From positions 1 through 64,000 of the forward strand of contig JALJEE010000596.1 in the NCBI GenBank assembly GCA_023231475.1: 64,000 nt of DNA, given 5' to 3'. Position numbers and translations under genes: made by a program. The notes beneath the pieces were generated by a model. The model ran no database searches and was not told the origin of the DNA. It saw nothing but the letters and a program-made list of their open reading frames with translations. Shown here piece by piece: positions 27,701-41,320 of this stretch; position 1 is the first letter of the stretch, and each line of letters starts with the position of its first letter. Source of the DNA: Seison nebaliae (Eukaryota).

Positions 27701-29639
27701 TTCAATAACTTTCAGCCTCTGTTTGTCTAATTGAGATACACATAGAGAATAATCAATACAAATTAAATAGTCTTATCAATGAATGATAGTCATGAAATGA
27801 ATATCTGCTCATCGTTCAAGAATAATATGCTTTCTCTAATCCCATATATTTGTGAGTATATTCGTCCACGTGTATAATTCCATTTGTATGATCAGTTCCC
27901 GTTACATCTCCCAGATATGTATCCGCAATGAAGAAAAATAAAGAAACTTTCCCAAAAACGCTCGTTGATACAATAGAAATGCAAACGGAGGAATATTATT
28001 GTTCGATCGACAGAAAGGAGATACACCTGCAGAAATTTCTTTCTTTCTTACCATTCTTTTCTTCTTATTCATTAATCGCATTCGACGAAACTCATCATTT
28101 GTGATACAACATTGAAACTAATATCGTAGTAGTAGCAGTCAAGTAAGGAAAAAAGAAGAATGTGAAAGTGAGAAAATTCTCCACCATCCTCCTTTTAATG
28201 AATGACTTATTATGCGCTTATGATCAACAATCATACCGTTCAGTTTGTTTAATGGAAACTGTTTCGTTCATTCAGTCTGTCTTTGCCCATCTTCACTTCT
28301 TTCCAATTAGCAATTACATACTCAATTCAATGCAGCATGATCGTCTGAAATGCGCGTTCTTTTCCACTGTTCTCAAGAAAGTAGAAGCAAATGTTACGTC
28401 TATTCGCTTTACCTTTCCGTTTCACGCGTTCTCTTCCATTCCCATTGCCCAAAAGGAGATCCACTAATGACTAAGTTCATTCTAACTCTTTCCTTTGGTA
28501 ATGAATTCATTCGGTTTTCGGGAAGCAATTCACTTACCAAGAAATCCCCCTACTTTTCTAAATTTTAATATTTCACTTTAGACTTTTTTTCTTTGATCTA
28601 TTTTACTTATAAGGTTCTCTCTTCGATCATTTCGAAATTGAAAGTTGAATGGCTTATTTAAATTCAACTTATTTCAAAAGATTTAACGAAATTTTATTTT
28701 TATAAGATTTAAATTTGTTAATAATTCATTGTAATCATGTATATCGTGCATTTTTAGTCAAAATTTTGTTAAGTTTGATTCCATGGGAAATGGTTCGATA
28801 CTTAATTAAATAAAATTATTAGAATTTTATTCTATGTTAAATTTGTCATAAATTAAGATAATTTTATAATTGTAGAGTAATTTGAAAAATATTTAACGAA
28901 TAAATTTCAACTTGTGAGAGAATTCGGAAATAAATTTTCGGTAATCAATTGATGATATTATGGATATGATTATTAGAAACAGTATTGTGTAATAATTCCA
29001 GGTATTCGTGTATTGATAATTCCCAAATAGTATATATCATTTTTTCGAGTGCATTCGCTTCCGTTCTAATATTAGGAATTGATGTGAATTGCACAGTGAA
29101 TACTCATCCGCAATTCATCATTAAAAGGAAAATTCATCGCTCAATAAAAAGTTACGTCGCTTTCTTTCATATGTATTCGAATGGAACTCTCCAAATAGAA
29201 TTGTAGAGGAATTTTCCCAGCGCAAATCTTCCGCACAAATTGTTTTTCTTATCATAAGAAAGATATTCAATTCTAAATGTTTCTTTTTCACTTACGTAAA
29301 CATACACATGATATCAACGGAATTGGTATATCGATGCTTTTATTTGTACATATATCCAGTTTATCTTCCACATACAGGAAACTTCCACCGTTTTCATAAT
29401 TTCATTCAAACTGCTCAATAATTGTTCTTCACGTTCCACTAGGAGAGAAGCTATGGAAAGAATCTCATGCATTATCATCATCATTTTCATAGAGATTAAT
29501 GGAATTTATGGGATTATTTAGAACAAGAAGTTTTATTAGGCATTGAACAATTAAGTATTAGCAATGGGAAAGTGAATTCGATGAAGACAAATAAAATTTT
29601 AGTTTTGAAAATTCAAAAATTCGAAATCAATTTTTTATT

Positions 29640-29976
29640 TTAGAATCCATGCATTCCATGAAAGAATTGCATTGCATGTGCAACTTTCTGACAATCATCT
29701 GTTGTTCGATTAGATTGCATACAACGTCGGAAAGTGTACCAAAATAAATTTTCGCTCAACTTCCCATCGGTGGATGTTCGTTTCTTAAACAAAGATTGCG
29801 GTTCGTCATTGTCATCGAGAAGATCTGTTTCGAATGCATTTGGTAACTATAATGGAATAAAAATAATAAAAATGAATTTAAAGAATATTGAAATTAACAA
29901 TTGCCGCAGAATAAATGAAAGTAATTTGACTTAAGAGCATTATTGAGATGTATAATAGAAACAAGGATGATTTCAT
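29640..29976 (-). CDS. 94-aa secreted neuropeptide/peptide-hormone-like precursor, 2 exons (29976-29899, 29846-29640)
   Basis: MKSSLFLLYISIMLLSQITFIYSAAI/LPNAFETDLLDDNDEPQSLF-KKR-TSTDGKLSENLFWYTFRRCMQSNRTTDDCQKVAHAMQFFHGMHGF*. It has a signal peptide, an acidic spacer, a KKR site and a two-Cys peptide. The 52-nt intron 29898-29847 is GTTAAT..TAG. Not in the ORF track. Confidence 0.75.
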
Positions 29977-30492
29977 GATTTCAAGATTTTTTTGCCAATT
30001 CGATAGATTTCTATATTTCTAATGGAATTCAGTTGAAAGGAAAATAAATAATAAGAAATGATAATTGAGGATGAATAAAAATGTAATTAATCTTCTCCTT
30101 TCTCGCCAAATTGAACGAATGGAAACAGAATGAATGAAGAAAAGCAGATTATGGAATATTATAAATGACTGATTGATAAGAAGTTGAAATTTTGTTTTCT
30201 TCCATATACAATTCAAGCGATACATCTTTTCCACCTTTCCTCCCAAAAATCAATTGTTCCATTAAGGAATTTGAGATATGTCTAATGATTTATTTGATGA
30301 CGAAAGAAATTAAGAAGAAGTGCAAATTTGGTGTATGTAGGAGGGAGATATTGTAAGCGAGAAAGGAAAAATGAGTAAAAAAAATCAATAATTCTGAAGT
30401 AGATCATGGGAAAGTCTTTGGAAATATTCAAAAGTGAATTAAGATAGAGTTACAAAAACGAATGTGATTTAAAAGAACTGTCGAAAGAAATG

Positions 30493-33400
30493 TTAGGAAT
30501 ATGACGTAGAAAAAGATGATGATAAGATATCGAATTCGGTTGTGATTGAAGAAATCGAAATGTTTTTTGGGGAATTTTTTGGTTTTCTGTTCATGAAAAT
30601 CGAAGAAGGAAATGCAGTCATTTCGTCGAATTTGTTGAATGTGTACGAGTATAATTTGGGTTGGTAACGGTTGAAGAAAAGATTCGTATTTAGATCTGTC
30701 CTCCCACCAATTGTTGTTTTCTCTGGAGTTTTTCTCGAATGACAATCGATATCATCCGAGGACGAGAAATGTGTCGTTAACGATGTTAGAGAATGTGAAC
30801 TGACGTTAGATGTAGTTGATGTGAAAGATTGGAAAGAATTGAAATGCTTCATTTCTGTCGGGAATTTGAAGGAATTGAAATTTTATTTGAAATTTTATTT
30901 GAAATTTTTTTATCATAATTAAAAATTAATTCTTTTGTGATGATAATCCATTTGACGTGATGATTAATTGATTCCATATTTGGATTTGAGCGAATAGCAA
31001 TCAACTGGACATGCAGAATAGAAATGAATAAAAGCAAATTAGTTTAAGCATAAGTGGACATGAGAAATTGAGTTAAATTCAGATTAATGGAAATAAAAAT
31101 TAATGGAAAAGAGAAAAATAACCAATTGGTATTTCGGTGCTAGAAATGATTTCATCAATCTTCTTCCGATCTTCTTCATTGATGGCTGCTGAAGATTCTC
31201 CAATTACACTGTTTGTTAATGGGACATAACATTTGGATTTGGTCGATGAAGAATCGCCGATTCGATATCCACTACTCAAATTTGAGCGGGAAGATACAGA
31301 TCGTGCTAATTCGGAATTCGTTCTCGATACAGTTGTCGCTTCTTCAAGTTGTTTCTCTAAACGTTTACATTCGGCGAGAGCACCTTGCAATAACATGGAA
31401 AACGGGATATTTGATGATTGTTGACTACTGATCGTATAGTCACTATAAGGTGAACGAGAACATTGTGTTCGATCTGTTTGACATGATTGTAACGATGTTG
31501 TCTTAGAAATGAGCGAATTGGTATTGGAATCGGAATGAGGTTCAACCAAATTCGATAAAGTTGTATGAGAGACACGTTGGAAATCGACTTGTTTCAATAA
31601 ATTATCTCGTTGAATCGAGGTCAATCGATAATGATCTTATTGAAATTAATAATAATTGAAATAAAAAAAATTGAAGAAAAAAATTAATTTTATAACTTTT
31701 ATTGAGATATCGATTAATTCCTAAGAGAAGTGCATCATGTTTCCATCCGAATAATTTATATTCACTTTTCGGTGGTTTCTTCTCGCTTAACGGCGATTGA
31801 GTATGTTTTAGTAAATGTTCGAACTGTTCGATTGGAATATGTTCCTGCTCTGTAATTTCTCGAATATAATGAGATACGATCAGTCGATACTGAAATTGGA
31901 AAATAATTGAAAATTGTAAAATTATTTTAAAAAAAAACTTTTTGTCTGAAATTCGATGTTGGAGCATAATTCAATTGTAATCTATTGAGAACTGATTGGA
32001 ATTATTAGAAATGAAATGGAAAATATAATGAACGTGATGGATCTTTGAGAATGGCACGTCGAAATAAGGGTAAATGAGATTCATTCTCCACATTTTCAAT
32101 ACAAGAAAGAATCATAAATAAATCGGATATGTCTAAAATTGTCTAAAATTAACGAGATTAAAAATGATATTTTTAGATGAAAAATAAACTTTTAAATCGA
32201 TCGATTGACAATTGGGAACGTTTAATGTTTGTTGTTGAATGTTCAAAAATGATTGATAGGCAATCGAATGAATGAGAATATTTAAAATGAAATTCTTTCG
32301 CTCACAATTCAACACGTCTGAAAATTGGACTAATTTGAGAAGCCAATCGATTGGTAATCGTCTTATCAAGAGAAGTGATCCCATTGTCAGGGCGTCTTGT
32401 TCTGCGAGAAGTTCCGATGAGAATAATTTGAAAATGTCATCGATAAATTCTTTCTCTCTAAATCCATCATCGCCATCGAAATATAATGGAATTACATCAT
32501 TTGTCATTTGACCTTTATTCTCATTATTCCGTTCGAAACGTTCGACTATTAAAAAAGTTTTATAAAATTAAAGTTGGCAAATTATAATATAATTACTAAC
32601 TGGCATCGACTTGATCGAAATCAAATTTTAGAACTTTATCTAATCGTTGCAAATAAATTATGAGTAAGAGAACAATTAATAATTCCGTTTCATTTCCATT
32701 TTTAAATAAATTATAGTCTACAACCAAAAAAATTGAAGGATGAATCGAAACGGGAAGAAATATGAAACAATTTAATTTATCAACATAAATATCTTTTTCC
32801 GTATGGTCTTCATTCGCACCGAGTACCTCGAGTGGCTTTTTCACATCAAATGGGAAAGTTTTCAAAAATGTTTCCAAAATAATTATGAAATGTTTTGGAC
32901 TTAAACTTTGGAGGAAACGTTGTTCTTCTTCAGAAATTAGTAATCTGAAGAAAGCCGGAATTACGTTTAGTTGACTTAATCGATTTTCCGTTTCTTGTTT
33001 ATCTTCCTCGCCGATATTATTTCGGTGCATATTATATGGTTCGATTGAACAAGCGTCTAATAACAACAATTGATTTTCGTGTTGTTCCAAAGCTGATTGC
33101 CATGATGCAGGTAATAGAGAAATTATACGATTGACTAAGCCACTCATTTTTGTCCATTCTTCATTGCGCCAACTGGGAGAAATCATCATATCAAACAAAG
33201 AATAAAATTACGAAAATAAATCATAGAAATGACTTAACTCTTGAGATTGCACGATTAATGCAAGCAATTGACAAGGCGAACCATTATCGATTGATTCGAT
33301 CAAATATTGATTTAATTGATGTGTTAATTTTAAAATTAATGTCGATCCTTCCAAATCCATAACGTCATCAACTAAAATATCATCTAACGGGAAAAAACTT

Positions 33401-36400
33401 AAATAGATAAAAATGAAGAGAAAGTAACTTGTAATTTTAGAATAAATTAATTCATCGAACTTTCTGGGTTTGGTAATCGAACGACTGAATTGATCTAATA
33501 CTAAGCATTTTGCTGCTGGTATTTCTAAGTATAAGACGGCCGAATAAAGTGGAATTAATTGTTCGTTCTTCAATTTAATTGGCAACATATAAAAATAGTC
33601 AGCAATTATTGAAAATATTTTTGCGCCGCCAGGAAATTTTTGTATGCGAACTACTTCTTTCATGTCATTTTCCATTCCGTCATTCTTCTCCGTTTTTCTC
33701 ACTGCTTCTTCAGTTATATCGATCTCTTGTTGGAATAATCGACTGAATTCTTTCAACGGTTTCTTGTGTAAATGAAAAATTTCATTATCAATCTCAATCT
33801 CGATATCTGACCGATCTCCATTACTTACAATAATCTTTTCCTCTAATAAATCTTCTGGTGTCAAGTCACGTGACTTATTTTCAACGATCGTTTTTGTGGC
33901 TGAATGAGAAATCTCTAAATTTAATTCTGTTGGTATTTCTTCTAAATCTTTCGGAGATATCACTGTTGAAGTTGATCGATAACAAGGCGAATTAGTTTCA
34001 CTCTGATTCGTTAGGCAACTGGCCGTACCAGACGTACTTGGTGATTTTGTGCCATTATCTTTTGGAATCTGTTGAAAATTGGTTTCGATATCGATTAACT
34101 GATTTTTATCGATACTCTCCATCGACAATTCGGATAATATTCCCAAACTTTCGTTTTCCTCTTAAATGAGAGAAGAATAAAAAGATTTTTTATTGTTCTC
34201 CCAATGGAGGAAAAGGCGGAGAAGAAGAAACTATAAAAACCGTTCGATATTTCCGACTGTTGTGACAACGACTTTATTAATATTGGAGATTGCTCTTCCT
34301 TATTTGGCGAGATATATTTATCAATACGAATATTCTGCGGTTCCTGATAACGGCGTATGAGATGAATGAAAGAGAAATATAATTTATATTAAAAATAAGT
34401 TTGGGGGAGAATTTAGATTGTTTTTGGGTTAGAAGTGTTGATCTTTTCGATGAGAGAAAGAAAAGAAGAATTATTTCCTAAAAGAAATGTTATGCTATGT
34501 AAAGAATTCATAAGAATTAATTGTGTGATCGTTCAACACGAAAGTTTTATACTATCTACATGTGGTACATATGAATGGACGAGATGCGACTGCATCTTGC
34601 CCGTGTAAGAGAACTATAGACGATTAATTAATAGCCGAATGTTACGAATCTTTTTAAATTCTTCTCACTTCTCATTTACATGAATAACAAGTTAATGTTT
34701 TGATTTTGAGAAAGATGGTAAATTTATTGAGCACTAATCAGCTTCTATTCATGGATAAGTTAGAAGAATTTACCGTCAAGTTCCTTGAAAACAATTCGAT
34801 GGACGAGAGAAAAATTCGTTTTTTCCAAAAAAGTTTTTTAAAGTTAATGAAAATGAGTTAATGGAAATATATTTGGGAGAACGTAATGGAGAATAAAGTT
34901 GAGATTTGTAGCAATTTGTGAAAGCGAAAGATAATTTGGAAATAGAAAAAATAATTTTTGAGAATATTTTCTATCCGCTCCAACTAGTTTTACATAGATA
35001 GAAAAATGAAAAATTAATGGAAGATATGAGACAGAATATACACCAGTGGCATGTAGGAAATGTAAGTAGAAGGATGTTTTTTTTCGTGAAAGTTATTCGG
35101 GTACATGTTATTCAGCTAAGATTGAACATGTATACATACAAATCACAATACTATGTAGATATGATATCATTCATTTAGAATATTGTGATGATGGCAACGA
35201 CATTGACACTAGAATAATAGATGAGGAAAAGGTAGAGGAATATCGTTTTAGAAGAACAAGAAAAATTATTATCTCATGAAAATTATTCTTATAAATAATA
35301 ATAAAAATTGACAATCAAATAGATTTCTCCTTTTTACAACTTCATCGACAACGTTCCAAAGTTCGAAGGGAATATGCACTTACAGATATTATATAAGTGG
35401 AAGTTAACTGATCATTTGTCATTCTATTTAGTCCAATATGATGAATAAATATGAATAATTCTTTGGGAAAATCATCAACACATTTTATTGATTGGTGATC
35501 GACGGAATCACTATCATATCACATCCAAACACAAAATATATATTTCTCATTCTAATATTAATCATTATTTTTCTATCAATCAATCATTTCCGTTCTTTTT
35601 TCCCATTATTCAGATCAATAAAAAAATTACTTTACTAACATGAGCTTCATTCGATTCCATCGAATTTCCTTTCAAAAACGAATTGTCATTCGACCATGAA
35701 TCGTTTAACTGTTTCGGATATTCCACCACCTGACTCACATGGGAAGCATATTTGTCCTCTCCATTCATTTGACGTAAACAATCATAACTTTTACTGTGTA
35801 GTGGCATCTCTTCTCGTGAATAATGATGATGAGATTGATTGTCGTTATCAGTCTCTTCTAATTTGGATTCTAACCGAACATTTCTCGAGGAATAAGGTCG
35901 ATTCGAACTCGACGAACGATCACGTCTCGGAGAGATTGAACAGAACGTCTTCCATACCGAACCATAAACCGAATGATTTTGCTCGTTCATATTTCTTGTC
36001 AACGGACGACTACGAGATGATTCGACAACTCGTTTCGTCTGATTATAATTGACGGATGGAATGTCTATTAATTTTTGTTTGTGAATTTTTGGAGCGGAAA
36101 ATAATTTCACGGACGATGAATCTGGTTTGACTTGATAGCGATTTAGAGAAGAAGATGAAGATGAACTTCGGCCGTAATTCGAGACGGATTCCAACGATTT
36201 ATTTTCAAAACTTTTCGATGGTAAACGATTAATATTCTTTCCATTTGTCTTATGTGGGAACATGGTCAATTGTAATCGACGTCTCCATCTCCAACTCCAG
36301 GAGGGAAGCATCCAAGCTGGACTGATTCCATCAATTTCATTATTCTGATTATATGTGATATCTTCGAAATCGATCATATTTTTATGATTTCTTCTTGGTA

Positions 36401-38984
36401 CGTTTTCGTCTTTCTGATTTATATCAACTGAACGACTTCGAGGCTCTACTAATTGTTGTATTTGTTGAGGGGAACTCCTATTTTTTTCTTCACGTTCCGT
36501 TAAATAACTATTTGGAGATGGTAGGAATCTTTTGTTGAAATTGAACGTCGAATTGACGATCATATTCTCGTTTTGCTCGTTTCGATCATTCGACCAATTT
36601 GTTGGTTTTTCCTGATAGGAACAGCATTCCGTATCATCGATTTGTAATTTATTCATTTCATAATTCCTCATAATTGAACAATCAATATTGTTATTCCGAT
36701 TCTTTAATATTCCCTTACGTGATTGAGGTGGAGTGTTAAATACGACTCTGGGACGAGACATATCGTTTTTGTTTTCGAAATACTTCGTGGAGAATAATAG
36801 TCCCGCTGTATTGCTATACCTAAAATAAAAGAAGAGATGGATGAGAATGATGAATGATTACTGGAAGAAGAAAAAAACGGAATTTCTTTTCTTTTAATAA
36901 AAACGTAAAATTCAATCGGTAAATATGAGAAGAAAAAATAGAAAAGACGATGGGACATTTGAAAATGATTCAAATAATTTATTTAAGTATTATTTAAAGA
37001 AAGATAAATTTTAATTAATTCCAAATTTATTGGATTAAATAAAGGTCGGTGGATAATTTAATACTGGAATTCTATTGGAACTCAAATGTTAATGACGATT
37101 GACATTGGTAATGACTTCAATAAAGTTGCTTCATCTTTTAAGAATCGATGTGAAGTTACATGAAATGAATTGTTAAATTTTAATCTATTCTCAAATTCAT
37201 CATAAACGCCTTAAAGGTTGGAGAAATGAACTAATGACAAATAGTTTAATTTCTGTCATGCATCATCTTATCAAGGTGAAATGGAACGTAGAATTGTTGG
37301 CTAATAAAAAAGACGAGAAAAAGATTAAGGTGAAAAGGAACATGATTCTTCTCGAAAACGAGTAAGAATAATAACGATCATTGACATTATTATTATATGA
37401 CCATTGGCATTGTCGATTTATGAGGTTCGAACGAAATGAAGAAGAGGAGAAGAAATTTAACGATAAATTTTAAGGAATTCATCATCATGACTCGATCAAA
37501 TTTCAACTTTCTTTCCATCTGTTTATTAGTGGGATTATCGGTGATGGAAATTGCAATATGGGGTGTAGTTATGTCTATGTTTATCTAACGTCGTTGGTGT
37601 TTGTTGCGGCAACAAGAGCGGCAATTTTCTTAACAAAACTAAATCATAACGAAGGCTACAACACACCATATATGTCGATAAGAACGATATATTTGCATTC
37701 AGTTGATTAATTCACATCGGATGAAAGACATTGGATCTGCTAAATACTCCCCGTTGTGTTGAGTTTGGTTCATTTTATTTTTTGTCATTCATAAGCCAAA
37801 CAGCAATTCAAGGATTTCTTTTGTAAGTAACAGGAACCATGGAACTGCCAGATAATTATAACGTGGGATAATATTGATATAAAGTCGACGAACAAAAAAA
37901 ATCGTCGAATAACTTGTGATAATTATGCTTTCTTCCTTCCAATTGATAAAATAACTATGATGGGAATGATGATGATGATGAAATCATTTCCGTAATTCAT
38001 TCTAACTCTATTCTATTCCAAATAGAGTTTTTCAATTCAATATTTTACTTACAATTTTCTTCATCAATCTCGTCAATATGGTTCATCAAATTATCTTCAT
38101 CAGAACATACCAACAAACAATCTTTATGAGGAGATGAAACTAAAAACGAAATGAGGAGACCGATCGTCTACCAATATCATAGTAATGATAATACATAATA
38201 GCGACTGCCCTCGCTTGATTGTTGTTTGACTGCGACTGAAATTAATACAATTAAATCATTCCTGATAACTTGTTTTATTTTCGATATGAAACAATAATAA
38301 TAGTAATAGTAACGATGATTAAGTGATTGAGAGAAAGAGGAAATTATACGATGGAATAATTCATGTACTACTCGCTCCACAAATCTTTTAATTAATTGAA
38401 TTTATATTATAATATATTCTTTTTATCTTCCACAATAAACATATCTTGATATAAGTCAGATATCTGATATTTTCCATCTCATTACAATAATAAAAAAACG
38501 AATATTTTATTTCATTTTATTAACCTTCTACCAATTGGCGATGTTAATCTTTCAAATGTTCGCAAATCGTCAACCGTTTTAATAAACATTGATTTCCCAT
38601 CAGAATCAACTGGATTACTAAAAAAGAAATTGATATTTCTTATTCGAAATATTCTCACACTAACTCATCCGACACATCTCGGAAATTATTGAGGGAATAT
38701 GATGTAGGTACGAATTGATCGAAATCATCACTATGGTTTTCTTCATTCTCTTCGATAAACAATTCACAATTGTTTTCGTTCATTATTTGAAGTTCACCTA
38801 ATAATTCAACAAGATAAATTCAAACTTTATTTATTTGAATTTTAAAAAAATTGTAGAAACCTTTTTCTCGAATTTTTAAGAAATCATCATTGGAATAAGT
38901 CAATTGATTTTGTTTAAATGGATATAGATAATTGTCGATGATGTGTGATTTTTTGAAACGCTTAATGAATCCTTTCTTTCCCAT
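30493..38984 (-). CDS. Large BTB + NPH3-like domain protein, 15 predicted exons
   Basis: Introns 38860-38798, 38664-38618, 38524-36820, 35639-34344, 34240-34161, 33428-33384, 33238-33173, 32768-32718, 32600-32546, 32189-32143, 32033-31992, 31938-31890, 31696-31636 and 31122-30855 are all GTT..AG and in phase. BTB: SDIEIEIDNEIFHLHKKPL..FPGGAKIFSIIADYFY..LYSAVLYLEI. NPH3-like: LIVSHYIREIT..HDALLLGINRYLNKNHYRLTSIQRDNLLKQVDFQRVS..IPFSMLLQGALAECKRL. The link to exons upstream of 36820 is tentative. Confidence 0.7.
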
Positions 38985-40141
38985 ATTCTCTCCTTCCAAA
39001 TTATTGAGGGGAAATTTGAGTTATCTTCAAAATCAAATTATTCCATCGATATATCCATCGACATCATGATTATGGAATCGCGATGAGATTTTATTGATAA
39101 AATCGAAAGAACATTAATTGTGTTTGGGGTAGAATTGGTACAAAATAAATAAAGTTAAATTAGAGAAGAATTGTGAATATGTTTCATGTGAAATTGATGA
39201 TATTCGATTCTTCTAATAAGACGGGGAAGGAAGGAAGAAAACAATTTTGAGAATGAATAAGTTCAATGTAAACTTTTGATACGAAAACAATTAGAGATGT
39301 AACAATAAAAAAATTAGAAAAAGTATCCTTATGCAAATAGTAATAATGAGAAGAATGATAAGAAGAGTAATTGAATTATCAATTTTCCTGTTAACTATTA
39401 TTACCAGTTTCAATTTGTAAAGTTTCTCCTTCCTTCCTTCCTTTTATTCCTTCTCTTCCACGACTGATGATGATGGAAGGAAAGAAGTATTTTTCGTTTC
39501 TTTTTTTTATATTATACTTCTTTTTTAACATAAATAAATTCTTTTTTCACAATACATTCTGCATTCGATGATTACGACTCTTACATCATTCCACTAGCAG
39601 TGGGACAATGAATGAGAATGACGTTAAAGAGAAAAACTTATATTCTCCTTAATTGTTCCATAGATAATCAACAGACCGTTGTCTCTTTCAAATTCGCCTT
39701 TAAACAACATAATCTGGTCAACTTTTCCATTTTATCCATCAGTAGGACGTTACATAATCTTTGTTTTCACACTGAATAGTTTGTAAACGATTTAATTGAC
39801 AGCATCACATTATGATTCACATATGATAATCATATTGGAGGAATTTATTAGGATTCTTAACGACAAAGATTGTTCGGAAACGAAACTTCCTTCCTTCTCT
39901 TAAATGAGTCGATGACGGTTCGTTGTTGTTCTGAAGTTCTTTAAATTCGTCTTTTTATTAAGCTTTATTATTCATCGTATTCTCCGATTAGAAGTGTACG
40001 GGGAAGATGTGTTTGTCAAACAAAAGAGGAGGAATTTAGAAATCATTTCCACTGAACATATTCATAAAATGGATGGATTAGAAATGTGGAGAATAATGTT
40101 GAAAACAGGAATCAAAAAATTGAGTTTACTTTCATTCAGTT

Positions 40142-40771
40142 CTAATTATTACAACAACGTTTTCGGTCATTAATATTCGTATCATCGATAATTTGAATAA
40201 TTTCATCATTCTGTCGATGACTAAACATCGACGATGATGATTCGTTTGCTTCATTCGAATTCTTCATCGAATACATTCTCTTCGAAAAATCGACAAACAT
40301 CTCAACAATTCCTCGATTGAATTTGGCTGATGTAGAATAATGAGTAGCAGATACATCAGCCGCATAACTTATCGCCGTTTCCATGGGAACGACTCGTTTC
40401 TCTTCCATATCAATCTTATTAGCAATGATAGCGATGCAACAATCATCTTCCAATTGTTGTCGGAGTTCTTTCGCCCAAACCTTCACTCTTTCAAACGAAT
40501 ACATATCTGTGATATCATATACGAGTAACGCACCTTGACTATTCCGATAATAGAGAGGTCCCAACGTATCAAACCTTTCTTGTCCAGCTGTGTCCCAAAT
40601 ATCTAACGTAATCGATAATGTTCCTATATTCAATCGTTTCGAATTAAAAGTTGCTTGAATAGTTGCATGCCGTTTATCATCGAACTTATCGAAGATAAAT
40701 CGGTTCATAATCGAAGTCTTCCCAACGTTTCCATCGCCAAGAAGTACGACTTTGAAAGAATTACGAAGCAT
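40142..40771 (-). CDS. RAB21: Ras-related protein Rab-21
   Basis: FKVVLLGDGNVGKTS, ATIQATFNSKRLNI, WDTAGQERFDTLGPLYYRNSQGALLVYDITD, NKID, TSAK and a C-terminal CCNN prenylation motif. The CDS is intronless. Confidence 0.9.
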   Translation of the reverse strand: MLRNSFKVVLLGDGNVGKTSIMNRFIFDKFDDKRHATIQATFNSKRLNIGTLSITLDIWDTAGQERFDTLGPLYYRNSQGALLVYDITDMYSFERVKVWAKELRQQLEDDCCIAIIANKIDMEEKRVVPMETAISYAADVSATHYSTSAKFNRGIVEMFVDFSKRMYSMKNSNEANESSSSMFSHRQNDEIIQIIDDTNINDRKRCCNN

Positions 40772-41320
40772 CTGATAATTTGAAATGCTTCAATAATTTT
40801 AATTATATAATTCGTTAATATTTTCTATTTATCTCCCCTCTTACAATCCTCATTCAGTAACATGTTTTGAAAGATAAACAAATTTAATTATTCATTTTGA
40901 CACTTATTTATTCCAAATTTTTTTATTTACCATTTTCAATATAATTTCCTAAACGACATAATATTGTAATAATCCTACAACACATCTTATAACAACTTTT
41001 TTACTTTTTTACTTTATTTTTAATTTAGTTTCATAAGTAAACTTTTGTCTAAAAAATATTCGTCAAAACACATAAATAACACTATATTTAAAAAATTTTC
41101 TGAAGACTTGAAAATTCGTAAGAAAGACGACAAAGGAGAACTTCTAAAAGTTAGTACCCTCCAACATTTCCACCAATTATTCAAACTAGTACTTTGTCGA
41201 AAGAAACTGAAATTCTCCAAAAAAATTTTAAGAACAATATAAATTGTTCAGAATTGTGATGGGAAATACAAAATTTCCTCGCAATCATAATCATTGAGTG
41301 AAAATTGTTGTTGTTCGAAT

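Noticed and set aside
28960..29490. Coding-like composition, including a 58-codon minus-strand ORF (MKMMMIMHEILSIASLLVEREEQLL..)
   Set aside because: No recognisable motif and no consistent exon chain.
38053..38139. Possible 87-nt exon followed by a canonical GTAAGT donor (minus strand)
   Set aside because: It is phase 1-1 and does not fit the phase-2 intron 38524-36820. Inclusion would shift to a frame ending at 36704, so it cannot be supported without transcripts. If real, it would be a counter-example to the GTT rule.
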